A stretch of 64,000 bases of DNA. Origin: Mobula hypostoma. Lineage: Eukaryota. Positions 52,140 to 64,000 of the stretch are shown here, one piece after another. The DNA is taken from contig NC_086126.1 of NCBI RefSeq assembly GCF_963921235.1, positions 18,166,001 to 18,230,000 on the forward strand, given 5' to 3'. The notes under the pieces are model-generated. The model searched no databases. It saw only the letters and a program-made list of their open reading frames with translations, and had not been told where the DNA came from. Numbering within the stretch: position 1 is the first letter of the stretch; every line of letters starts with the position of its first letter. The position numbers and the translations under genes were made by a program.

Positions 52140-53304
52140 CAGCAGTCCCCAACCACCGGGCCGCAAAGCATGCGCTACCGGGCCACGAGGAAACGATATG
52201 ATTTGGCGATAGGAGTCAGCTGCACCTTTCCTCATTGTTTGTCATGCCCACTGTTCAGCCATTACGCATGCGAGGTCATTACCCACGTGTCATCCATGTC
52301 AGCGCAGGAAGAAGATCAACTCCTCGAGCTTGCAAATAAGGGCGGGCTGAAAAGTATGTTTGACATAACATCCCTGACAGCATTCTGGATCTCAAAGTCA
52401 AGGCTAAATATCCTGAGATAGCCACGGAAGCACTGAAAACGTTGCTTCCATTTCCAACATATCTCTGCAATGAATGGAACGAAAACAAAATTGCATAATA
52501 GACTGGACATAAGGAACCCCGTTTGAGTATCACTGTCTCCCATCACCCCTCGATAGGACCATCTTTTTGCAGGGAAACAAGCATTCAGCCCAGGGCTCCC
52601 ACTGATTCAGCGATATTGGTGTGTTGCAATGATTTTATATGTTCATACGGGGAAAATATGTGCTGTGTGTTTAATATACAAACATTACTTAAAATGTTAT
52701 GATGCTACTGACATTGTTATATAACTATATAACAATTACAGCACGGAAACAGGCCATCTCTGCCCTTCTAGTCCGTGCCGAACGCTACTCTCACCTAGTC
52801 CCACCGACCTGCACTCAGCCCATAACCCTCCATTCCTTTTCTGACCATTTACCTATCCAATTTTTCTTTGAATAATATCGAACCTGCCTCCACCACTTCT
52901 ACTGGAAGTTCGTTCGTTACTTACTTCAAGCTCCCCTGTCCTTCCCTGATAATTGACTTATCGCTATATTCATGCTAGGAAAATATGCACTGTGTGTTTA
53001 ATATTAAATTCGTTAGATAAACCCTTTTAGAAATGAGATTGAGTGTATTAGGCACTTATCACCTATATTCTGGTCGTGATTAACATTCCCCCCCAACAGA
53101 ATCACCAAAAACGGTTTGTAGAAAACATCGGCAGGTACACGCTTACGCGAAGCACGCATGCGCACTTGTGCCTGCGCAAGGATTCATGGTCATTGTAGTC
53201 TCTCTGTGTAAACAACGTACTGGCTCTACTCCGTTGGCAACCCTACCCCCACCCCTCCCCCCGGATCGGCCGGTCCGCAGTGCAAAAAAGGTTGGGGACC
53301 CCTG
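52140..53304 (+). mobile_element. Non-autonomous Charlie/Buster-type hAT transposon (1165 bp) with 8-bp TSD
   Basis: TIRs CAGCAGTCCCCAACC / GGTTGGGGACCCCTG; perfect TSD TTCTAGGG 52132-52139 and 53305-53312; transposase C-terminal remnant (YPEIATEALKTLLPFPTYLC). Confidence 0.93.
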
Positions 53305-55004
53305 TTCTAGGGAAGGAACAATTTTCTCCCTCCAAAAACTGGAGGGAATAGTTTTGACGTGACAGGTTGGAGGTTGAAAGGGGATCTGAAGGGTGAGTTG
53401 ATGGAGGCAGATAAAATTATGTGAGGCATACAGAGGTTAGGGAGACAGAGACTGCTTCCTGTATTGTGGGTGTCTAAAATGAAAGGGAATAGTTGTAAGG
53501 TGAGAGGGGGGAGGTTTAAAGGGGTAAATATTTCACACACAGAATAGCTGGTATGCCGAATGAGCCGCCAGAGGAAATAGTGGAAGCAGAAACACACAAA
53601 GTCTCTGTTCACGAACACTTCCCAGGAACCTGCCATTACTGTGTTCATCCTGCCCTGGTTAAACTTCCCAGTGCTGGGTCCATTGTTGTTTTCCATCTGT
53701 ATTAATGATCTGGATGAGAATGTGATCAACTGGATCAGCAAATTTACGGATGACACCAAGGTCAGCTTACAAATCTTGATATGGGATCTGGACCAGCTGG
53801 AAAAATGGCAGATGGAATTTAATACACACAAGTATGCGGTGAGTGCAACTAAGTTGAATGAGAGAAATGTGAGGTTTAAAGAGGATCTGAGGAAAACTGT
53901 CCTCTCTCCCTAGGAAGTTACAATCTGGAACACATTGTCTGAGGGGGCGGTGCAGGCTGGTATTTAAGGACCATCTGGATGAGCATTTGAATCACCAAGG
54001 CAGGGTAGGAAACAGACCAAGTGCTGAGTTAGTGGAGACAGATTCTCGATGGTCAGTATGGACATGCAGAAACCACTGACTGTGAAAGTGCAGTGGGAAC
54101 CTGAAACACAGGACTTCAGGATGGACTCAGCTAAAACATTCAGTATCCAGTACAATGGATTTTTGTTGGACAAAGGTATTAATGGTCAAATACTGAACCA
54201 ACACCCTCAAAAGGCTACCGAAATACTCCAATTCCCTGTGCACCACTTACAATACTTTTATATGGGAATTTGGTTAAGTACTCTGGGCGATATTGGAGAG
54301 ATGGCTGACAACTTGGTCACAGTGGGAGGGTGCAAATGTCTTCTCAGAGGATAAGGGGTTCAGCGGAACAAGCTCACAGCTGAGAATGAAGGTGACAAAC
54401 CCCACTGCAGTGGAGGACTGCTGTGGTCAGGGTTGTACAGGATACAAACAGATCCTCTGGCCCATCACATTTCTGCTCCCCATCGTGCATAGCTATACTA
54501 ATCCCACTGTCCTGCATTAGTTTCATATCCCTCTGGGCCTTGCTCACTGAAGTACCTGTGCATGTGCCTCTAATAATGTTACACAGTTCCCTGTATGTGG
54601 CATCACAGGTAGACAGGGTTGTGTGTTCTACTTGCCTTGTCAGTCAAAGAACTGCCTCCCATTAGAATTGTACAAAACTGTTTAAAGACAGATTTAAAGG
54701 GGATCTGAAGGGTACATATTTCACACAGAGAATAGCTGGTATTGTAAATCAGTACCAGAAGATAGAGGTGTGCTGGGGGGGGGGGGCAGAAACTCCTCAG
54801 GAACCTGTGTGCATCTTGCCATGGTTTAACCTCCCAAAATAGAGTCACTGGTTTATACAGAAATGAAACAGTCCCTTCGGTACAACTCATCCACGCCGAC
54901 CAAGTTGTCGACCTGAACTCGGCCCATCTGCCTGCATTAGGCCCGTATCCCTCTCAACCTTTCCCATCCATGTGACTGTGGAAATATGTTTTAAATATTG
55001 TACC

Positions 55005-55340
55005 TGAGGCAGAGAGCCGGTGCAGTGAGGCGCTGACGGACACTCGCTGTTCCGCGGGCAGGAAGAGGAGAGGCGGATCCCACAGCGGAGCCCAACACCA
55101 CTTCGCCAGAGTCCTGATCCCAGCATCCCGGATTTACCGTTCCCCAGGAAACGACGTCGGTGAGGTGGGACCACTGTGACGTCAGCACGTCACGGATGGT
55201 AATCTCATGTTGTCACGTGACGGTGAGCGCACAGACCGGGAGGCGGGGCAGAGGGAACTGTCAATCAGTGGAGCCGCTGAAAAACTTGCGACCATTGTAA
55301 ACAGAATGGGTACAGTCGGAGATTTCCGGGATCGGTGACT
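55005..55340. promoter_or_regulatory. CpG-rich non-histone promoter candidate
   Basis: High CpG density; TGACGTCA 55177-55184, CACGTCAC 55186-55193, GTCACGTGAC 55212-55221, GGGAGGCGGGGC 55238-55249. Confidence 0.6.
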
Positions 55341-55619
55341 CCCTCCCCACCCACGGGAATTGAGTGTGTTATAAACAGCAATATTTTCATTTGACACTTC
55401 GGTCTTATACATATTTAATGTTTGTATTCGGCATATGTTTGTGTGGATCATCTTTTATAATTTGGGGTAAAAAAAAACGTTGGAACTAGATCACTGAACG
55501 ATTCATGAAAAAGGAGCGTCACGGAAAAATATTGTCAAAGCCAAAATTTTAACCCAAAGTAAGTTGTTCTCATGGTACGTACATATCACCATCTAGTTCA
55601 AGGTTAAATCTATTCTCAC

Positions 55620-56820
55620 GGTAGATTTATGTAACTGTTCTTGAACCTGGTGGTGCGAGTCCTGAGGTACCTGTACCTTCTACCTGATGGCAGCAGTGAG
55701 AAAAGAGCATTGCCTGGGTGGTGAGGATCTTTGATGATGGATGTTGCTTCCCTACGGCTATGTTTCATGTAGATGTGCTCAGTGGTTATGAATGTTTTAC
55801 CCGTGATGTAGCTGGGCTGAATCCACTAGCTTTGGAGGAATTTCCAGTCAAAGGCATTGATGTTCATAGCATTTCTCGGGCAGGTTGGGGCGCTGTGTAT
55901 AAAAGGATCATAGTGCAGCCATTTGTCATACTTTGCACCACACATTTATAGAAGTTTGACAAAGTTTTCAGGAATTTAAAGTTACTGACTCTCTCCACCT
56001 CTGATCGTCCTTTGATTACTGGCTCATCTACCTCCGGTTTCCTCTCCTAAAGTCTAAAATCTGTCCTTTGGTCTTACTGACACTTAGTGAGAGGTTGTTG
56101 TTATTACGCCACTCAACCAAGTTTTCAATCTCTCTACTGTATGCTGATTTATCACCCCGTTTGATACAGCCCACAACAGGGGTGTCATCAGCAAACTTGT
56201 ATATGGTGTTGGAGCTGTACTCAGCCACACAGTCATAGGTGTAAAGTGAGTAGAGCTGGGGGCTCAGCACACTTCCTTGTGGTGCTCCTGTGCTGATAGA
56301 GATTGTGAAGGAGATGTTTTTGCCAATCCGAACTGACTTGTAACTGAGGAAATCCAGGATCCAACTACACAAGCGGGTATTGAGGCCCAGGTCTGGGAGC
56401 TTACTGATTAGTTTTGAGGGGATGATGGTGTTAAATGCTGAGCTGTAATCAATAAAGGGCATCCAGATGTTTGCATCTTTGCTGTCCGGCTGTTCCAGAG
56501 TTATGTGAAGAGCCAACGAGACAGCATCTGCTGTTGCTTCGGTAGGTGAATTGGAGAGTATCCAACTCTCCGATTTTGTTGATATTCAGTGAGAGGTTGT
56601 CGTTGTGGCACCATTCAACCAGATTGTGCATCTCCCTCCTGAGGGCAAATTTGTCACCAGCTTTGATTGATCCAACAACATCTGCAAACTTAAATATGGC
56701 ATTGGAGTTGTACTTAGCCACACAATCACAGGTATAAAGTGAACAGAGTAGTGACCAAGCACACAGCCGTGTGGTGCACCAGTGCTGACGGTGATTGTGG
56801 AGGAGATGTTGTTGACTTTG
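55620..56820 (-). mobile_element. Rex1/Babar-like LINE fragments (two RT pieces)
   Basis: FIDYSSAFNTIIP, LCSWILDFL, TGAPQGSVLSP, YKFADDT; second copy AIFKFAD. Confidence 0.87.
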
Positions 56821-57329
56821 AATGCAAAGTCTTCACCGTGGAAAGGAAATAGAAATTACAACTGAGGAAAGAAGATTACATTAAAATCAGCAAAATATAA
56901 AAATGAAAATTAACTACTTTTTTCACAGAAATGTGAAAACAGGGGGCCCACTTGTCCATGCTGACATTTGTCAGTCTGCAATGAGTACTGTGAGCAATGC
57001 TGGGCCCTTTATCCAAGGAATGATGTATTTGCATCGGAGAGGGTCCAGACCAGGTTCACAAGAATGACCCTGGGAATGAAAAGGTTAACATATGAGGGGC
57101 ATTTGATGCCTCTGTACTTGCTGGAGTTTAGAAGAATGAGGATTGAATCGTATTATAACCGCTTGACTGAACATGGAGAGGATGTTTCCCGTAGTGGGTT
57201 AGTCCAGCACCAGATGGCACACACTCAGAATAGAAGGATGTCTCTTCAGAACAGAGATAAGAAGATATTTCTTTAGCCAGAGGGTCATGAATCTATGGAA
57301 TTCATTGTCAAAAGTTGAGGAGGCCACAC

Positions 57330-57865
57330 AGAGTGAGCATCAGATACAGTTAATTGACATGTCGATCCATGTCCTCCTCCACTGTTACGATGAGTCCACA
57401 CTCAGGGTGAAAGAGCAACAACTTATATTCCGTCTGGCTAGCCTACAACCTGATGACATGAACTTCAATTTCTCCAACTTCCGGTAATGCTCCATGCCTC
57501 CTTCACCATTCCCCATTCCCTTTTCCATCTCACATTATCTTCCTACCTGCCCATCACCTCCCTCTGGTGTTCCTCCTTGTTTTCTTCCTTCCATGGCTTT
57601 CTGTCCTCTCCTACTAGAGTCCCCCTCTCTAGCCTTGTATCTCATACACCAATCAACTTCCCAGTTCTTTACTTCACCGGCCCCTCTCACAGTTTCACCT
57701 TTCACCTTGTGTTTCTAACCCCCCCCCCCACCTTCTAATACTGACTCCACATATTTTTTTACTCCAGTCCTGATGAAGGGTCTCGGCCAGAAACGTCGAC
57801 TGTAGTCTTTTCCATGGATGCTGCCTGGCCTGCTGATTTCCTCCAGCATTTTTTGTGTGTTGTCC
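57330..57865 (+). mobile_element. Penelope-like 3' fragment with hammerhead motif
   Basis: KEQQLIFRLASLQPDDMNFNFSNFR; CAGTC-CTGATGA-AGGGTCTCGGCCA-GAAAC-GTC-GACTG at 57765-57802. Confidence 0.82.
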
Positions 57866-57869
57866 AGGT

Positions 57870-58510
57870 ACAGGTGATGATCTCAACAGGCTTGCAGGTG
57901 AAGTTTTGCATCTCCTGGACGGACTATTTGTGTTTCTGAATGGTGGTGCAGGGGCAGGTGTAGCTCATGTTCCAATTACAGGGATAAGGGCCAGCAGTGA
58001 GATCAGTGGGGAGGGATGAATGGACAAGGAAATCACGGAGAGAGTGATCCCGGCTGAAAGTGGAGAGTGGGGTGGGGGGAGGATGTGTCTAGTGCTGGAA
58101 TCCCTTTGAAGATGGTGGACATTGTGTAAAATGTTGTGCTGGATACGGACACTCGGGGGGTGGTAAGTAAGGACAAGGGGAACTCTAACCCTGTTATGGC
58201 AGTGAGAAGATGGTGTAACGGCAAATGTCTGAGAAATGGGGGGATATATGGGGGTGAGAGCAGCAACAATGAGAGAGGAAGGGAAACACCGTTCTTTGAA
58301 GAAGGAAGACATCGCTGATATTCTGGCAAGGGAAGCCCCACCCTGGGAACAGATGTGGTGGAGACGAATAAGAGGGATGACGTTTGCACAGTAGACAGGG
58401 TGGGAAGAGTGATAGTCAAGATAGCTGTGAGAGCCGGTAGGGTTATAGAAAGATATCACCAGACAGTCTGTCTCCAGAGATGCTACACCAGCCAGTCTGT
58501 CTGCAGAGAC
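57870..58510 (-). mobile_element. Penelope-like ORF fragment (RT C-terminus/linker)
   Basis: YNPTGSHSYLDYHSSHP, IRLHHICS, RVPLVLTYHP. Confidence 0.82.
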
Positions 58511-58512
58511 CG

Positions 58513-58700
58513 ACTGCTGCTGTCTCCTTTTATACACAGTGCCCCAACCTGCCCGAGAAATGCTCAGAGAGAAAGAGGTGGGAATGGGGGGAGACAGAGT
58601 CAGAGAGGTGGACAGAGCCGAGAGCGGCCTCTCATCTTCCAGCTCCGCCTTTACTCTCCCACAACCATCAATTTCCAACAGTTTATCCACAACAGAACAG
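58513..58700 (-). promoter_or_regulatory. Orphan H4 promoter (coding sequence absent)
   Basis: Colinear near-copy of 44378-44550 including TATAAAAGG; no H4 CDS downstream. Confidence 0.88.
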
Positions 58701-60270
58701 AATCACAGCGCTCAGATAAACCTTCAGATGCACATCTTCAACGTTGGTCAGTCTGTAAAGTTGACACATAACACTCTGGAGAACTGACACATAAACTCTT
58801 TAAATTTCTGCTGAAATCTCCTAAAACTAACCAATGATACTCTGGAACAATGAACAATTTCAAAGATGGGAATTCTGACATTCCAGTAAAACACAGAGAC
58901 AGTTGGAAACACGCAGCAGGTCAGGCAGCGCCCGTGGACAGAGAAACAGAGTTAACATTTCAGGCCGAAGCCCCTTCATCAGATACACTCATTGAGAAAT
59001 TCCGAATTCCATCGGGAGCTGCGAATGAACCTTTGTGAATGATGCACCAGTACCCCAAGTTCCCTCTGCACTGCCAGACCCTGTTGCCTTTGAACATTTC
59101 GGGAATGTTCTGTATTACATATTTTTCCTGCCAAAATGCACAAGTTCACACTCTCCCTCCTCCGCAATATCCCAGCTGTCAGACCTGTGTCCAATCACGT
59201 CACCTATACCTACCCCTTTGTAGACTCCTCACCACTCTTCACAACTCAGTTTCCATCTCTGTTTGTCATCAGCAAGTTCAGAAATCACGGTCATCTCTCA
59301 TTTTCCCCAACCCCCTGTGATGGAGCGGCGTATCAAATGTGTCCTGGACATCTCAGTTCAGTGCATCCCCCGGGACCCTTTATCCACAGTTGGTGTTACT
59401 GCTCCAAACACTCAAATGTGTTTGTTAAACATGGAGTCACTTTCACCAGACTCTGTTGACTTTGCCTGATGGTTTTGTAAGCTGGCAATAATTTCCTGCT
59501 TTGTTACAGCTCCAAATGTTTTCCTGGTACAAGTGGTGAACACTCTGGTCTGGAGTGTCTTGTTTTCTGCTTTTGCTTCAGACTACAGAATCTGCAGTTT
59601 TTATTGTAATTTTTATTTCTTCTCTATTTACTTATTTTTTTCTCCAATTTGGAGCAAAGGAGTTACTCAAAGTGGTCTTCCCTACAGACACAGACTAGTT
59701 TTGAACCCTGTCATTGTTTCCATCTCCTATCGTGTCTGGATTTTAGTCTCCGATACTCCAGCACTTGGGTCCTGACCATCCTCACCCAGGTCTGCCGTCA
59801 CTGATGAAGTTTATTGATACGGTTCATATGGGCCTCAGTCAGGCCATTTGGCAAATTGGATCCAGAACTGGCTTTGCAATAGGAGACAGAATGATGGCAG
59901 AGAGTAGTTTTGTGATCAGATGCTGGTGACAAGCGTTGTTCCACATGGATCTGTTCTGGGACCCTTGCTATTTGTGATACAACTGAGTGATTTGGGAGTG
60001 GATGTAGGAACCGTGAGCAGTAAGTTCACACCGACTGTGAGATGATGGAGTTATTGCTGGTGTGGATGGTCATCTTCGGCTAAAATGTGACATCGATGTG
60101 TTGATGAAATGAGCTGAGACCAAAACAAGTAAATCAGTTTGTGTGAGAATTAGTATTTCCCATCAAACAACCCCAAAACTCCCACGGCGGAGATCAGAGG
60201 GATAATGTGTGTCAACACCACAACAGTGTAATGAAGAGAAAATGATAACCATTTCCTCTTCCAGGTTAGT

Positions 60271-60575
60271 GGCTTTTAAAAGAGCCTTTCATTGTGTTTG
60301 CTGCCGAGGCCAGGCTGAGGCTCGCTTCCGGCGGATGCGGCGAGCCAACTGAATGTCTTTGGGCACAAAGGTGACTCGCTTGGTGTGGATAGTGCAAAGA
60401 GCCCGACCAGGTAAGCCTCATAGTCTCCTACAGGCCTTTGATGGCCGAGCTCTGGGAGCATAGATCGGTTTTGAAGTCCTGCCTGATCTTCTGCACCAGA
60501 TGCTGGAAGGGAAGTTTGTGGATGAGCAGCTCGGTGGATTTCTGGTAGCATTGGTTCCCCCTCAGAGTCACGGTG
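60271..60575 (-). pseudogene. H3: Histone H3 5'-truncated pseudogene with mutated stem-loop
   Basis: [38 protein letters not shown]; frameshifts; stop read as TCA; GGCTCTTTTAAAAGCC 60286-60271. Confidence 0.9.
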
Positions 60576-60579
60576 ATGT

Positions 60580-62865
60580 GCTGATAGCTCCCCAAGAATA
60601 CCCATACAGACACCCAGGGATATTCAGTGCTCCTTTACATTTATCAATTATTTTACTGATATTTTTTTCAATGTCAGCTTATTATCCAGCCACATGCCAC
60701 AAAATCTGACCACTGACACGTATTCAAGAGTTTGATCATAACATTTCAAATCAATTGGTATTGAGGATGATATGGATCAATAAAGAGTTCTATTGATCAT
60801 CTTTGTAAAACACAAAACATATTTTAGCTACTGAAAGCTTAAAACCGCATCGATTTGCACACTGTTTGATCTTATTAATCACTAATCACATACTATATAC
60901 AATTAAACTGAATTTTCTACCTCTGATCCATAAAGCTCCATCATCTGCAAAAAGTGATTTCCCCACCCCAGTACCTATCTTACAGAAAATATCATTGGTC
61001 ATAATATTAAACAAAAAAGGTGACAAATACTGTCTTATGAGGTCCAATTCTCCACCACATAGAAGCCCAAATATACCTTACACACCCTTACCTGCCTAGA
61101 CCATACAAATAAAAACTCAGAAAAAAATAATGTAGCCTTCCCCTCACACCATATTTCTATAATTTAATCCTTTCATAACATATCATATGCTTTTTCAGTA
61201 CAAAAATACTGCAATTACAACATCTTTATTTACCCGTGCTTTCCTAATATCATCTTCCAAATATAAAACTGAATCCAATGTCATTCTACATTTCCAAAAT
61301 CTGCACTGACAAAATGCTACATCACCTCTCTTTTCTAAAATATAATTCAATCACTCTATTAGCATATGTTCTGCAAGTTTACCAAAATGAGATGGGACGT
61401 TAATGATGTTGGTCTATAACTATATGGATCCTATGGGGATTTTCAGGTTTTGGAACAGGAACTACCATTTTCTATGAGGAGGGAAGATGGTCTAAACTGC
61501 AAATATAATTAAAAAGTGTAAATATTATCTCAAGAGTTTTAAACCATATGTTTAAACATAAAATAACATATATTATCCTTTCCTGGAGCCGTCTGAAATG
61601 TACTGTTAATAGCTTTCTTAAGTTCATACAAAGAAAACTCTACATCACTATAATAACTACAGCTGGCTTTCAACGCATCAGAGTATCGCTGAAACCCTCA
61701 TCCCTACATTGTTTAGCTCTTCACTTAAATTATATTGATTATGAATTGCAGCAAATGACCGAGCCAGTAACTCAACCTTCTCTATTTCAGTAACAATCAC
61801 CTTCCTTAATCAATACTGGAATCTTATTAACCCTATGAACCCCCTCCCCCCAATTTTCTTAATCATTCCTCAAACATCTCCAAGTTTAATATCTCGTCAA
61901 CACTATCACAAGATGACCTCCAGGAAACCTCTTTCGCAACCTTCACCAGTTTGCTCACCACAGCCTGTGTCCTTTCATACTTAATAAGGTCAACTTTCCC
62001 AAACACCTTATTTCTCTGCAGACTCGTCCATCCACCATGGCACAGTCTTTCTCCTGTTAATGCCATTTTTAACAGGAGACACTTCCACAGCAGTTTGATG
62101 ACTAATGTGACATAACAATTCATTACAGAAATCTCTATGTTCAGCCCTGACAGACGTTCATCACGTAAAACTTCTCCCAGTTTGCTTTACCAAAATTCCA
62201 CCTCCCAAAAACATACTGCTGCCCCTATATAACTCCAAACCTAAGCTTGTAAATATAGGAAAATGATCACTCCTCAGTGTCTCATCACCCATAACACCAC
62301 TCACTCACTCCAGCCAGAATGCTTGAAACTGGAGTTAAATCTACAGCGGTTTCTGAACTGTCATAAACATTAAATCTCATAGCCCTCCCATCATTAAGGC
62401 ACAAAGATTGGAAATACCTAAAAATTCTTCTACAATCAAATCATTCCATGAATGACCCCACAGTGAACTATGTGCACAAAAATACCCACACTATACAACT
62501 CTTAGTGAGCTGGAGCTACATATACTTTCTGGCAAAGTAAACAAAAGCTTTCCACAAGAGTTTTACCACTTTAATGCCCCTACCTGTTGAATCAAATACT
62601 TCTACTACAAATGCCTCAAACACTTCATTCACATCCGCAACTCTGTCATATCCCTTTCCTTATCAAAGTTCCAACGCCACCCCCTCTACCATCGAACCTA
62701 TCATGCCGAATTACAATATAATACTGCAAAGGAAAACCTGAATGTGGTAACAGCCAGGTTTCCTGAGTAGATATAATAATGGGTGAATTTGATGAATCAG
62801 AAATCAACTTCTTAATGCCTTGACCATCAGACTTCTCTCATTCCACTGCAATATCGGAATCCCAT
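60580..62865 (-). mobile_element. Decayed Nimb/I-group-like LINE ORF2
   Basis: ILQWN start (~62855), QETWL, YRPTSL, GMWLDNKLT...[10 protein letters not shown]...GYSWGA; homologous to 3495-5400. Confidence 0.72.
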
Positions 62866-63009
62866 TCTGTACCTGCACAAAGAGACTGAAATACAGATAC
62901 CCCACCCATCAGACCTTCATTTACAGTTTCCCACACAACACCAGTTATACTGAGATACTTTCAGCAGGTTCCACACTAATTTTAACTTTCTCAGTACAAC
63001 TAGATATCT

Positions 63010-63625
63010 GAGAAGCTGGCTGAATGTACTGTGCCCAACCAATACATTATGTAGTGGATGGGAGACGTTGTCCAAGATGGCATGCAACTTGGACAGCATC
63101 CTCTTTTCAGACACCATCATCAGAGAGTCCAGTTCCATCCCCACAACATCACTGGCCTTACAAATAAGTTTGTTGATTCTGTTGGTGTCTGCTGCCCTCA
63201 GCCTGCTGCCCCAGCACACAACAGCAAACATGGCCACCACAGACTCGTAGAACGCCCGGCAGATGTTAAAGGACCTCAGTCTCCTCAGGAAATAAAGATG
63301 GCTCTGACCCTTCTTGTAGACAGCCTCAGTGTTCTTTGACCAGTTCAGTTTATTGTCACTTCGTATCCCTAGGTATTTGTAATCCTCCTCCATGTCCACA
63401 CTGACCCCCTGGATGGAAACAGGGGTCACCGGTGCCTTAGCCCTCCTCAGGTCTACCACCAGCTCCTTAGTCTTTTTCACATTAAGCTGCAGATAATTCT
63501 GCTCACACCATGTGACAAAGTTTCCTACCGTAGCCCTGTACTCAGCCTCATCTCCCTTGCTGATGCATTCAACTACAGCAGAGTCACCAGAAAACTTCTG
63601 AAGATGAAAAGACTCTGTGCAGTAG
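63010..63625 (-). mobile_element. Rex1/Babar-like LINE fragment
   Basis: KKTKELVVDLRR, YKYLGI, LYFLRRLRSFN, NVSHPLH. Confidence 0.87.
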
Positions 63626-64000
63626 TATACCCAACTTGGTTTACAGATTAGACAAAATCACTAAACAAAGTATTACATACACACTTGGAGGTTGACGGGC
63701 GGGGCGGGGTGGGGGCGGATATGGTGTTGCAGGGGGCGGCGGTGCTACCTCCCTGAAATGAGTTTTTGCAGGTGGGATGTCTGAGATTTGCTGCAGGAAA
63801 TGATCTCCCATTTTGCCAGGTTTGCTGCAGGAAATGATCTCCCATTTGTGCGGCTGCATTCAAGCAGGGAAGCTGAGGTTCGATTTCAGGACTATCAAGT
63901 GGCCATCAAAGCTGCTACCACACCATTTATATCAAGCAAACAGATTCTAATCATGTGATGTCATTTTGTTAATTTGTAAATAATCTAGATAGATTTAGAA

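Noticed and set aside
57965-58690. 241-aa ORF as a novel protein
   Set aside because: Chimera of translated H4 promoter sequence and a Penelope fragment; its start lies upstream of the TATA box

Overview
Vertebrate genomic DNA, inferred to be from a cartilaginous fish (shark/ray-type H1 and repeat landscape; not provable from this window). It is a transposon-riddled, replication-dependent histone gene cluster. Intact genes: H2B (2280-2654 +), H1 (41790-42335 +), H3.2-type (42966-43376 -) and H4 (44026-44337 -), each with a 3' stem-loop. Decaying copies: a truncated H2B, an H2A that has lost its start codon, two 3'-half H3 fragments, and orphan H2A and H4 promoters; no intact H2A is present. 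A degenerate C2H2 zinc-finger gene (-) is split by a CR1 insertion, and a CpG-rich non-histone promoter candidate lies near 55.0-55.3 kb. Most remaining sequence is CR1, Rex1/Babar-like, L1-like and Nimb/I-like LINEs, Penelope-like elements, a Charlie-type hAT with 8-bp TSD, two probable solo LTRs and two minisatellites. Most notable beyond the ORF track: (i) about ten Penelope-associated minimal hammerhead ribozyme motifs, several in short fold-back cassettes flanked by 14-bp target-site duplications; (ii) histone promoters cut near the TSS and fused in sense to retroelements; (iii) a shared E2F + 4 nt + CHR-like composite in the H2A and H3 promoters; (iv) a 40-bp inverted templated copy of the H4 core promoter. 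All calls were made by eye; TE boundaries are approximate unless a TSD is cited.
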